Part shown: piece by piece, positions 38,463 through 46,528 of the stretch | How positions within the stretch are numbered: the first letter of the stretch is position 1 | Layout of the letters: the number at the start of each line of letters is the position of its first letter | Origin: a virus | Taxonomy: Duplodnaviria; Caudoviricetes | IMG/VR virus record: IMGVR_UViG_3300049144_000052 | Span: 1-64,000 of that record | DNA length: 64,000 nt | Reading direction: 5' to 3' (one strand) | Program-made: the position numbers and the translations under genes | The notes under the pieces: generated by a model | Database searches by the model: none | Seen by the model: the letters and a program-made list of their open reading frames with translations, nothing else | What the model was told of the DNA's origin: nothing

Positions 38463-39107
38463 GTGCCGGAGCCCGATGACTGGGGCCAGGGCATTGATCT
38501 CTGGCAGCTCACCGACGCGCCCAGCATTCCCGCCGCGATCCAGGCCCTGGCGGTGGGGTTGATCCCGCGTAGCAACATGCGGTTCGCGTCAGCTGCGGCG
38601 CGTAACGCGGCGATCGACAGCCCTGAGGAGGGCATGCAGGCGTGGCTGATCGCCGAGGGCCGTCTGGAGATCTACCGCAACGGGTCCTGGCTGCCCTGGC
38701 CGCCGGTCCCTGTGCAGACCTTTCAGGTGTCGGACGCCCCGTACAACGCCACCCAGACCACCACGGACTATTCGTCGTCGGCTTGGCCGCGCCCGCAGTT
38801 CGTGGCGCCGCCGTCGGGTCGCGCCTACGTGACGATCGGCGCGGCGGTCTCCAACTACAACACAGACACGTCGACGATCTGGGCTGCGTGGCGGGCCACC
38901 GGCTCCATGGGGTACAGCTACATCGACCTCACCAAGACCGGTATCTCCGCTCAGGGAACACGCGTGGTCGCGTCGCGGCGGCTGATGCTCACCGGCATGA
39001 CGCCGGGGGAAACCATCACGATCATCCCGCAGTGGAACATCAGCTCCGGATCAGCGTCCAAGGCAGAGACCAGCGGCGGTGTCCTCCTCGTCGAACCCGC
39101 ACCATGA
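38463..39107 (+). CDS. Minor tail / fibre protein
   Basis: DAPSIPAAIQALA...RFASAAARNAAI..PEEGM..W pattern. Confidence 0.7.
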   Translation: MPEPDDWGQGIDLWQLTDAPSIPAAIQALAVGLIPRSNMRFASAAARNAAIDSPEEGMQAWLIAEGRLEIYRNGSWLPWPPVPVQTFQVSDAPYNATQTTTDYSSSAWPRPQFVAPPSGRAYVTIGAAVSNYNTDTSTIWAAWRATGSMGYSYIDLTKTGISAQGTRVVASRRLMLTGMTPGETITIIPQWNISSGSASKAETSGGVLLVEPAP

Positions 39108-39168
39108 CCTGCCGCACCCTGCTCGCCCCGCGCCGTTCGCCGGGGCCTTCTTCATTCCTGGAGGCCTC

Positions 39169-40221
39169 ATGGCCAAGACCGGCCCGCAGCGGTACCCGGG
39201 CGCCAGCACGGCCTACTGGTACGGGGCGAAGTACCCAGGCTCCGCGATGGAGTCGAACGTCATCGTCTGGCACACCACGGAAGGGACCTCCCTGCCGTCC
39301 TACGACGGCGGATCGCAGGCCCCCACCTTCACAGCCAAGCCCAACTGGGCTGCTCAGAAGCTGGACTGGTACCAGCACTTCGACTTCGACGTCTCGGCCC
39401 GCGCCCTCGTCAACCTCGCCGGCGGCGTGGAGACGAACACGCTGAATGCGGTGCAGGTGGAGATCGTCGGCACCTGCGACCCTGCCGCCCACAGCAAGTG
39501 GGTGAAGGCTGGCTACCAGCACCTGTACGCCCCTGAGTTGCCGAACTGGGCGATCCGCGACCTGGGTGCTTTTGCGCGGTGGGCGCACGACAACCACGGC
39601 GTGCCCCTCGCCGCCGATGTGACGTTCAAGGCGTATCCGGGCAGCTACGGCACCAGCAACGGCGTCCGCATGTCCGCCGCAAGGTGGAACAGCTTCACCG
39701 GGCACTGCGGCCACCAGCACGTCCCCGAGAACCTCCACGGCGACCCGGGCGCACTGCCGATCGCCGCGATCCTCACCGCCGCCAAGGGCGGCGCCACCAC
39801 CCCGCCCGAGGAGAACGACGTGGCACTCACCGACGCCGAAATCAACAAGATCGCTGACGCCGTTTTCAAGAAGATCGCGGCAGGCGACGGCGTCCTCGAA
39901 GGCGCCGACCTCAAGCGCGTCTGGGCTGTCGACGCCATCCCCGCCGCACGGCCGCCCTACCACAACACCGACTACTACCAGGCAGACGGCAAAACCCTCA
40001 ACAACACGACGTGGACCGCCGGATACACGCAGCAGACCCAAACCGAGGGGATCCGCGAGGCAGTCACCCTGATCAAGCAGCTCGCGGGTAACAGCGGCAC
40101 GATGCAGCTGTCGGACTCGCAGATCGCCACGCTCGGCGCCGTGATCGCCGCGAACCCAGCGCTGGCAGAGCGGATTGCGGACCTGGTCGCGACGAAGCTC
40201 GCGGAACGGCTCGCCGAATGA
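39169..40221 (+). CDS. Endolysin, amidase-2-like
   Basis: IVWHTTEG, NAVQVEIVG, GHQHVPENLHGDPG zinc-amidase motifs. Confidence 0.82.
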   Translation: MAKTGPQRYPGASTAYWYGAKYPGSAMESNVIVWHTTEGTSLPSYDGGSQAPTFTAKPNWAAQKLDWYQHFDFDVSARALVNLAGGVETNTLNAVQVEIVGTCDPAAHSKWVKAGYQHLYAPELPNWAIRDLGAFARWAHDNHGVPLAADVTFKAYPGSYGTSNGVRMSAARWNSFTGHCGHQHVPENLHGDPGALPIAAILTAAKGGATTPPEENDVALTDAEINKIADAVFKKIAAGDGVLEGADLKRVWAVDAIPAARPPYHNTDYYQADGKTLNNTTWTAGYTQQTQTEGIREAVTLIKQLAGNSGTMQLSDSQIATLGAVIAANPALAERIADLVATKLAERLAE

Positions 40222-40571
40222 TCGTCAACTACACGCCCCACCCGGTTCGGATCTACGCCGACGACCGGCCCGACGGCATCGACGACCTGGAACCCAGCCT
40301 CCGCCTGGTGATTGAGCCGGAGGACACGCCGGCCCGGCTCAGTATGGTGCCGCTCAGCAGCGACAACCGGGGCGGCATCACGGTCGAGGTCGTCGAATAC
40401 GGGCACGCCGTAGGCATCCCGCCTGAGCGGGCGGGCGTGTGGTGCGTCGTCTCCCTGCCAGTCGCGCTCGCGCTGGCCCCCCGCCGGTCCGACTTGCTCG
40501 TCCCCTACCGCGAAGTCCGTAACGCCTCCGGAACCGTCATCGGCTGCCGCCAACTAGCCCAGCCCATCTGA
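40218..40571 (+). CDS. Small phage protein with N-x-T-P-H motif
   Basis: MIVNYTPHPV...GIPPE..GV..VVS...RSDLLVP...VRN..G.VIGCR; ATGA overlap with the endolysin. Confidence 0.75.
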   Translation: MIVNYTPHPVRIYADDRPDGIDDLEPSLRLVIEPEDTPARLSMVPLSSDNRGGITVEVVEYGHAVGIPPERAGVWCVVSLPVALALAPRRSDLLVPYREVRNASGTVIGCRQLAQPI

Positions 40572-40585
40572 GAAACGAGACACCC

Positions 40586-40969
40586 ATGCGCATATTCGGC
40601 AGAGAACCCGTCTACATCCTGGCAGCGGTCGCGATCGCCCTGAAGCTGGCCGCCGCCTACGGGCTGGACGTCAGCGGCGACCAACAGGCCCTCATCAACA
40701 CAGTGCTGTCCTGCATCGTCGCCGTCGCATCCGCGGTCGTCCTGCGCAACGGCGCGCTCGGCGCTGCCGTCCTGCAACTCGCGTCCGCCGGCCTCGCCCT
40801 GTTCGTCGGCTTCGGCCTCGACCTGTCCGCAGAGCAGCAGGCCGGATGGATGTCCCTCGTCGCTGCGATCCTCGCGCTCTTCGAGCATCGCGAGGTCACC
40901 GCCCCCGTACCGGCCGTGCCCCTCGAACAGTCCAGCCCCGTCAAGGCATCCCCCGTCCAGGGGGTGTGA
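40586..40969 (+). CDS. Holin-like membrane protein
   Basis: GREPVYIL start, about 4 hydrophobic helices, lysis cassette position. Confidence 0.7.
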   Translation: MRIFGREPVYILAAVAIALKLAAAYGLDVSGDQQALINTVLSCIVAVASAVVLRNGALGAAVLQLASAGLALFVGFGLDLSAEQQAGWMSLVAAILALFEHREVTAPVPAVPLEQSSPVKASPVQGV

Positions 40970-41419
40970 GTGCATCGCCGGGCGGCCCGCTGGTTCAGCG
41001 GGCACCTCGGTAGCCGCGGCCCTTTCCTCGTCTTCATGGGCATCGGGAAAGTCTGCTTCGGCTTCAGCTTCATCTTCGACCCGCCATGGACGACCGAGGG
41101 GCTGCAAATGCTGGCCCGCTTCGCCCCCATCCACTGCTGGGCCTGGGTGTGGATCATCTGCGGCGCCGCCACATTCAGCAGCGCCTGGCTGGAGTTCGCC
41201 AGGGACCGCTGGGGCTTCGTCGCCGCCAGCATCCCGCCCGCGATCTGGGCGTTCACCTACGGATGGGCCGGAATCCTCGGCGACTACTCCCGCGGCCTGT
41301 GGCTGTTCGTCTGGTACATCACATCGCACTGTGGGGTGATCTGGTGCGCGTCTCGTGTTCCACCCAGCGCCGGATCGCCTGATCTGCCCGGCCGGGTGGT
41401 TGAGGGGAGACCCGGGTGA
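40970..41419 (+). CDS. Membrane protein in the lysis cassette
   Basis: About 4 hydrophobic helices. Confidence 0.68.
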   Translation: MHRRAARWFSGHLGSRGPFLVFMGIGKVCFGFSFIFDPPWTTEGLQMLARFAPIHCWAWVWIICGAATFSSAWLEFARDRWGFVAASIPPAIWAFTYGWAGILGDYSRGLWLFVWYITSHCGVIWCASRVPPSAGSPDLPGRVVEGRPG

Positions 41420-41745
41420 ACGGTGTCTTGGGCCTGGTTGGTGCTGGGGTGACGCTGATCGGTGTGGTCGTGACGGGCTGGTTCACGTACCGCGGCGGGC
41501 GGACCGCAGCGGCGATCCAGGCGGCGCCAGCCGCGAAGGCGCAGGACTTCGCCGTGTTGCAGGCGACGGTGGAGCGCGTCGACGGGGAGAACAAGGAACT
41601 GCGAGGCCGGCAGTCGCGGCTGGAGTCGCTGCTGCGCGCGTTTGCGTGGACGACGGACCGGTGGGCGCGCCAGATGCATCAGGCGGGGATCGAGCCGGAG
41701 CCGCCGCATCCTCTGGTGGACGAGTACAACCGAACTGGAGTGTGA
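41416..41745 (+). CDS. Membrane-anchored coiled-coil protein in the lysis cassette
   Basis: N-terminal TM followed by a coiled coil. Confidence 0.7.
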   Translation: MNGVLGLVGAGVTLIGVVVTGWFTYRGGRTAAAIQAAPAAKAQDFAVLQATVERVDGENKELRGRQSRLESLLRAFAWTTDRWARQMHQAGIEPEPPHPLVDEYNRTGV

Positions 41746-41749
41746 GCCG

Positions 41750-42049
41750 ATGCTTGATGCCGTCCTGCGTGTCCCGCGCCGAGACGACACCGCCGCCGAC
41801 ACTGGCAGCCTCGCCCGCATGGGCCGCATCGAAGAACAGCCGGTTCCGACAGCGACCCCCGAGCTGGCGGCGGAATCGCCCGCTGAGACGGCGCCCCCGG
41901 CTGAGCTGGAAAAGGCACTCGCAGGCGCCGGCGTCACCGCAATCTCTGCGGACCACACCGCGATGCAGGCCCTCGGACAGCTTGATGCCGCAACGCTCGA
42001 AGCTGTCACGCGCTGGGTCCAGTCGAAGCCCGGAAAGGCCAGCAAGTAG
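41750..42049 (+). CDS. Hypothetical protein
   Basis: ATG 41750 in ORF 41642..42049. Confidence 0.6.
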   Translation: MLDAVLRVPRRDDTAADTGSLARMGRIEEQPVPTATPELAAESPAETAPPAELEKALAGAGVTAISADHTAMQALGQLDAATLEAVTRWVQSKPGKASK

Positions 42050-42059
42050 AGGAGGCCGC

Positions 42060-42164
42060 GTGCCCGAAGAGACCCCCGAGACGGAGACACCGTTCTGGCT
42101 GTCGCCGTGGCCGTTCATCGAACCCGACCTGCCACCCGCCGAACCCGGTGACGAACCCGCATGA
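42060..42164 (+). CDS. 34-aa Pro/Glu-rich peptide
   Basis: GAGGAGG RBS, GTG 42060. Confidence 0.45.
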   Translation: MPEETPETETPFWLSPWPFIEPDLPPAEPGDEPA

Positions 42165-42166
42165 GT

Positions 42167-42192
42167 AACGCCCCTCCTTCGGGAGGGGCGTT
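42167..42192. terminator. Terminator ending the late operon
   Basis: AACGCCCCTCC-TTCG-GGAGGGGCGTT, 11-bp stem. Confidence 0.85.
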
Positions 42193-42276
42193 CCGTCGTG
42201 TCTGGTGGGGGAGTTGCGGTATCTGCTGGACGTGTTACCGCTTGATGCGGGTATGGTGGTCACACAACTTCATGCA

Positions 42277-42346
42277 CCTCCCGGTGCGCAGGCCGCGGCT
42301 ACTTCTTTGGAAAAGTCCGCCGCACGCCGACTTTGATCTCGGGAGG
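42277..42346 (+). ncRNA. Short Y RNA-like element (Ro-binding stem only)
   Basis: CCTCCCG/CGGGAGG closing stem; GTGCGCAGG and CTTTGATCT internal bulged helix; near-duplicate of the ends of the next RNA; upstream of Ro60. Confidence 0.72.
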
Positions 42347-42356
42347 CACAGCATCG

Positions 42357-42503
42357 GGGGTGCCCGGTGCGCAGGCAGCGGATACTTCTCCTGCTAAGAG
42401 AGAGACGCGGGTTCGAATCCCGTCCACCGGTCCAGCGGGCCGGAGGTAGCTCAGCGGCCCAGAGCGCTTTGTCTCCGCAGCCGACCTTGATCTCGGGCAC
42501 CCC
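42357..42503 (+). ncRNA. yrlA: YrlA-like Y RNA with a circularly permuted tRNA-like domain
   Basis: GGGGTGCCCG/CGGGCACCCC stem; T arm GCGGG-TTCGAAT-CCCGT precedes acceptor-like stem and D arm GCTC-AGCGGCCCA-GAGC; adjacent to the Ro60 gene. Confidence 0.82.
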
Positions 42504-42515
42504 ACTGCTGATCCT

Positions 42516-42538
42516 CCCCTCCACGTGAGGGGCTTTTT
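42516..42538 (+). terminator. Terminator-like hairpin overlapping the Ro60 RBS
   Basis: CCCCTC-CACGT-GAGGGG-CTTTTT immediately before ATG 42540. Confidence 0.65.
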
Positions 42539-42539
42539 C

Positions 42540-44177
42540 ATGACCAGATTCAACCAGCGCGGCACCCGTCCCGCCGTCCACTCGCCCGTGACCACCACCG
42601 GGGAGCGGGCTCGCACCACAGAGGGCGCCACCGGCTTCCTGCGAGACGCAAAGTCCGAGCTCTTCCTGCTCGCCGTCTCCAACTTCGTTGGCCAGGACGC
42701 CTTCTACGAGAAGGGCGGCGACCGCGACGACCGCTACACGCAGCTCGTCCGCAAGCTCGCCATCGAGGACCCTGCGTGGACTGCGGGCCTGCTGGGCTGG
42801 CTCCGCGGCGAGGGCAACATGCGGACTGCGGCCCTCGTCGGTGCTGCGGAGTTCACCGCCGAACGACTCCTGCACGAGGCCCCCGGGTACTCCCGGCAAG
42901 TCATCGACTCCGTGCTTCAGCGCGCCGACGAGCCGGGGGAGATGCTCGGTTACTGGACCAGCAAGTACGGCCGCCGCCTGCCGAAGCCCGTCAAGCGCGG
43001 CATCGCCGACGCCGTACAGCGCCTGTACAACGGCAAATCCCTACTGAAGTACGACACCACCTCAAAGGGCTACCGCTTCGGTGACGTCCTCAACCTCGTG
43101 CACGCAGCCCCGGACCCGGCCAAGCCATGGCAGGGCGACCTGTTCCAGTACGCCCTCGACCGCCGACACAACCCGACCGAGGCCGTCGAGCCGCCGACGA
43201 ACCGAACACTTACCGCACGCCGGGAACTGATGGAGCTCCCGGTCGACGAACGGCGGGCCCTGCTGACAGCCGAGGACTGCTCCGAGCGGCTCGCGGCGGC
43301 TGGCATGACGTGGGAGGCGCTGGCCGGCTGGCTTCAAGGGCCGATGGACAAGGCGGCCTGGGAGGCGGCCATCCCGTCCATGGGCGTAATGGCCCTTGCG
43401 CGGAACCTGCGCAACTTCGACGAGGCTGGCGTCTCCGACGCGGTCGCCGCCCAGATCTGCACCCGCTTCACCGATGCGGAACAGGTCGCCAAGTCCCGCA
43501 TGTTCCCCTTCCGCTGGTGGGCCGCCTACAAGCACGCCCCCTCCCTGCGGTGGGCGCACGCCCTGGAGCAGGCACTGAACCACTCGCTGGCCAACGTGCC
43601 GCAGCTGGCCGGCCGGACGCTGATCCTGGTGGACCGGTCGCCGTCGATGTTCCCCGGCTACGGTTTCTCCACCCCGAACAGCTCGGACATCACCCTTGCC
43701 GAGCAGGCCGCCGTGTTCGGGTCCGCTCTCGCGCTACGGGCGGAGGCTCCCACGCTCGCCGAGTTCGGATGGACCAGCAACCGCATCGACGTGCCCAAGG
43801 GCGGCAGCGTCCTCAAGCTCATCGAGAACTACGGGCAGATCGACGGCACTGACATCCCGTCTGCGGTAAAGCAGCACTTCGATCTCCTCCGCCACGACCG
43901 GATTGTCATCGTCACCGACGAACAGACCCGTCCTGGCTGGCTGCCTTCAAACGCCTACGGACACGGCGGCATGCGGGAGACGGCGATCGATGACCTCGTT
44001 CCAAAGACGGTGCCCGTCTATATGTGGAACATGGCTGGCTACAAGCCCGGCGCCATGCCGTCCGGGACTGCTGGTCGGCACACATTCGGCGGACTGACGG
44101 ACCACGCCTTCCGCATGGTGCCGCTCCTCGAGGCCGGCCGCGACGCGACCTGGCCGTGGATGCAGCAGCCCGCCTGA
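42540..44177 (+). CDS. rsr: Ro60/TROVE-domain RNA-binding protein with vWA domain
   Basis: SELFLLAV..F...FYE, GNMRT, ALARNLRNF, MFPFRW, vWA MIDAS LVDRSPSM and IVTDEQ. Confidence 0.92.
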   Translation: MTRFNQRGTRPAVHSPVTTTGERARTTEGATGFLRDAKSELFLLAVSNFVGQDAFYEKGGDRDDRYTQLVRKLAIEDPAWTAGLLGWLRGEGNMRTAALVGAAEFTAERLLHEAPGYSRQVIDSVLQRADEPGEMLGYWTSKYGRRLPKPVKRGIADAVQRLYNGKSLLKYDTTSKGYRFGDVLNLVHAAPDPAKPWQGDLFQYALDRRHNPTEAVEPPTNRTLTARRELMELPVDERRALLTAEDCSERLAAAGMTWEALAGWLQGPMDKAAWEAAIPSMGVMALARNLRNFDEAGVSDAVAAQICTRFTDAEQVAKSRMFPFRWWAAYKHAPSLRWAHALEQALNHSLANVPQLAGRTLILVDRSPSMFPGYGFSTPNSSDITLAEQAAVFGSALALRAEAPTLAEFGWTSNRIDVPKGGSVLKLIENYGQIDGTDIPSAVKQHFDLLRHDRIVIVTDEQTRPGWLPSNAYGHGGMRETAIDDLVPKTVPVYMWNMAGYKPGAMPSGTAGRHTFGGLTDHAFRMVPLLEAGRDATWPWMQQPA

Positions 44178-44188
44178 CCAAGCGGGAA

Positions 44189-44213
44189 GCCCCGCTCTCC
44201 TTCGGGAGGGGGC
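44189..44213. terminator. Terminator between rsr and the convergent lipoprotein genes
   Basis: GCCCC..CTCC-TTCG-GGAG-GGGGC. Confidence 0.65.
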
Positions 44214-44224
44214 GCGTCGTCGTG

Positions 44225-44839
44225 TCAGAACTCCAGCTGCTTCTTCACCTCGGCCACGTTCGGGCCGCTATCCGTTGCGGGCATCTTCCAGCGGAACGCC
44301 TTCTCCTCGCCGTCGATGTAGATCAGCGTTCCGCCCTTCGCCTGCGCGGGCGTCAGATCGAAGACCTGGGCACGCCACTGGTAGGTGCCGGGCTGCACGG
44401 GGTCGGCGTTGTTGTACTTGTCCATGACCACGCCGGACGAGTTGCCGCTGTCGAAGGCAACCATCTCCCCATCAGGCGCCATCCACTTCCACCCGCCGCC
44501 ACCGATCGGGGCCGGCTCGTCGGCGGCGACGGCGGTTGTGGCTTTGTCTTTCATTGTGACGACGGCGAACACGCCGTTCTCTGCAGTCTCCCCGCTGCCT
44601 TCCTTCGTGAACACGATCGTGTCCGGTGTGACCTCCAGGACGCCGGTGCCGCCGTCGCCTGTGGTCTTCGCTGAGTCGCCAAGGGCCAGGGTCTGTGACT
44701 CGTCGACTGTCCCGGACTTTTCGACGCGGGTCGGAGCAGCCTCGGGCGCCGAGTCGGCCTTGTCGCTGCTGCCACTACCGCATGCGGTGAGGGCGGCCAG
44801 GAGCAGGGCGGTGGTGACGGCGGTAGCGTGAACGCGCAT
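44225..44839 (-). CDS. Lipoprotein with an Ig-like beta-sandwich domain
   Basis: Signal peptide with lipobox ALTAC; Ser/Ala linker; beta-rich body. Confidence 0.8.
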   Translation of the reverse strand: MRVHATAVTTALLLAALTACGSGSSDKADSAPEAAPTRVEKSGTVDESQTLALGDSAKTTGDGGTGVLEVTPDTIVFTKEGSGETAENGVFAVVTMKDKATTAVAADEPAPIGGGGWKWMAPDGEMVAFDSGNSSGVVMDKYNNADPVQPGTYQWRAQVFDLTPAQAKGGTLIYIDGEEKAFRWKMPATDSGPNVAEVKKQLEF

Positions 44840-44881
44840 TATTCCCCCAAGTGTTGAACGTCGGAAACGGCAGGGCGCCCG

Positions 44882-45526
44882 CTACGGGCAGGACTCGCCG
44901 AACTTGACCGCAGTGAACGTGACCGGCTGCCCATTCAGTGCTGCTCCCTGAGCGGGGGACTGGCTGCACACCTGCCAGTTACTCTCCACAAGCACGAAGC
45001 GGTCCTCCGCCGACGCGTCGTTCACGGTGATCGACGTGCTCGAATCCAGCGCACCACGGGCTGCCTTCACCGACTTGCCCTTGAAGTCGGGCATCTTGCC
45101 TCCTTCTGCCGCCAGTGGCTTCTCGTCCTTCGCTGGGCACGTCTCGTCCAGCTTCACCGCCCCGAAGTCCAGCTTGCTGCCCGTCGAAATCGAGGAGCCG
45201 GCCTTGATGTTCTGGCTGCACACCTGCCAGTTGCGGTCGAACGCCTGCATGCGGTCACGGCCGAGCGCGTCGTGCGAGGTGAGCCCGTAGAAGCCGAGTT
45301 CCTGCGCCTTGTCCTGCGCGGACTGGAGACCCATGCCGACGAAGTCCGGCATGTTCGCCTTCTCTGCGGCAGGCTTGGCGTCGGTCGGCGCACTGCTGGT
45401 CGGGGCCGCGGGTGTTGACGGGCTTGCGACGCCAGATGGCTTGGCGGTGTCCGTTGGCTGGCAGGCGACGATGCTGACTGTGGCGGCGCAGCAGAGCAGG
45501 GCTGCAGAGATGATGCGGGTACGCAC
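44882..45526 (-). CDS. Lipoprotein with two PASTA-like domains
   Basis: SIVAC lipobox; MPDFVGMGLQSAQD and MPDFKGKSVKAA repeats, each with WQVCSQ. Confidence 0.8.
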   Translation of the reverse strand: MRTRIISAALLCCAATVSIVACQPTDTAKPSGVASPSTPAAPTSSAPTDAKPAAEKANMPDFVGMGLQSAQDKAQELGFYGLTSHDALGRDRMQAFDRNWQVCSQNIKAGSSISTGSKLDFGAVKLDETCPAKDEKPLAAEGGKMPDFKGKSVKAARGALDSSTSITVNDASAEDRFVLVESNWQVCSQSPAQGAALNGQPVTFTAVKFGESCP

Positions 45527-45563
45527 TGATTCCCCCGAGTGATGTTGGTACAGGCGGAACACG

Positions 45564-45580
45564 GTAGACGAAATGTGGAC
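45564..45580 (-). promoter_or_regulatory. Candidate operator matching sites in the immunity region
   Basis: Reverse complement GTCCACATTTCGTCTAC versus CGAGACACTTCGTCTAC at 58197. Confidence 0.4.
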
Positions 45581-45666
45581 GCTGCGTGAACGCGCGTCAC
45601 CAGGTCGTGACACGACGACGCCCCTGCTCCTCGCCGTTGCGGCGGGGAGCAGGGGCGTCGTCGTGT

Positions 45667-46329
45667 TCAGGCGAGCTCGCGGGCGCGCTTCTCCGCGCGG
45701 GCAATCAGCTCTCCCTCGCCCTCACAGAGGTCGTCGAGCGTCCGAGTGGACAGCCCGGCGAGGAAGACGCTGGCCTGGGCGGAGGTGTCGCGGATGCCGA
45801 GCGCCTGGAACAGCATGCCCTGGTCCTCCTTGCTCATGTCGCGGCGGACCAGCGTGTAGATGGCGTCGTTGAACAGGGAGCGATCTGCCTGCTCCTGAAT
45901 CCACTTGTCGAGGGTGGGGCGAGAGATACCGAGAGCCTCGGCGATCTCGCTCTTATGGATGCCGCTCTCGCGCGCCTGCTCGATGAGGGTCAGCTTGTAG
46001 GCGCGGCTGATCCGCTCGTGACGGTCCTCCGCCTCGGCGTGCGCCTTCAGCTCCCGCAGCTTGCCCGCCGCTGCCTCCTCCGAGGCGATCTCCTTGCGCT
46101 GCTGGACGGCGCACTCGATCTCCATGGGGATCCAGGCGAGCAGGTCGGCGAAGGAATCCTGGGCGCTCTCGGTGACCTGGGTGCCGTAGTCGGAGATGTA
46201 GCGGTCGGCGATGACGGCGTGGGGGAGGGTGCCGTCGATCAGCTGGTCCAGCTCGTCGGGCGTGACGTAGTCCTGGAGGGTTGGGCCGTCCATGTGGATC
46301 AGGTCGATGATGCTGGTGAAGCGCTGCAT
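45667..46329 (-). CDS. Protein with an internal HTH domain
   Basis: KSEIAEALGISRPTLDKWI; RBS GAGGGG before ATG 46329. Confidence 0.78.
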   Translation of the reverse strand: MQRFTSIIDLIHMDGPTLQDYVTPDELDQLIDGTLPHAVIADRYISDYGTQVTESAQDSFADLLAWIPMEIECAVQQRKEIASEEAAAGKLRELKAHAEAEDRHERISRAYKLTLIEQARESGIHKSEIAEALGISRPTLDKWIQEQADRSLFNDAIYTLVRRDMSKEDQGMLFQALGIRDTSAQASVFLAGLSTRTLDDLCEGEGELIARAEKRARELA

Positions 46330-46356
46330 GGGATCCCCCTCGGTCGTGCCCTGCTG

Positions 46357-46408
46357 ACGTAAAGAGACTTTACGTTGAACCTGAGGGAGATGTAAAGCGA
46401 TTTTACGT
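46357..46408 (-). promoter_or_regulatory. Promoter overlapped by two 19-bp palindromic operators
   Basis: ACGTAAAG-AGA-CTTTACGT (46357) and ATGTAAAG-CGA-TTTTACGT (46390); minus-strand TTTACA-N18-TAAAGT. Confidence 0.72.
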
Positions 46409-46528
46409 TTCCGGGTGGGTGAGGTGCGTAGGCGTGGCCGTCGGCCGACGACGAACCCGCGCGACACCGCCCCCGCCACCTCACCGCAACAGTGGCGGGG
46501 GAGCGGGGGCGTACTGCTGGGCAGGTGG

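Noticed and set aside
42386-42466. Conventional tRNA-Ser gene
   Set aside because: Arms are in permuted order (anticodon, T, acceptor, D) and sit inside a Y RNA stem; not a standard tRNA gene
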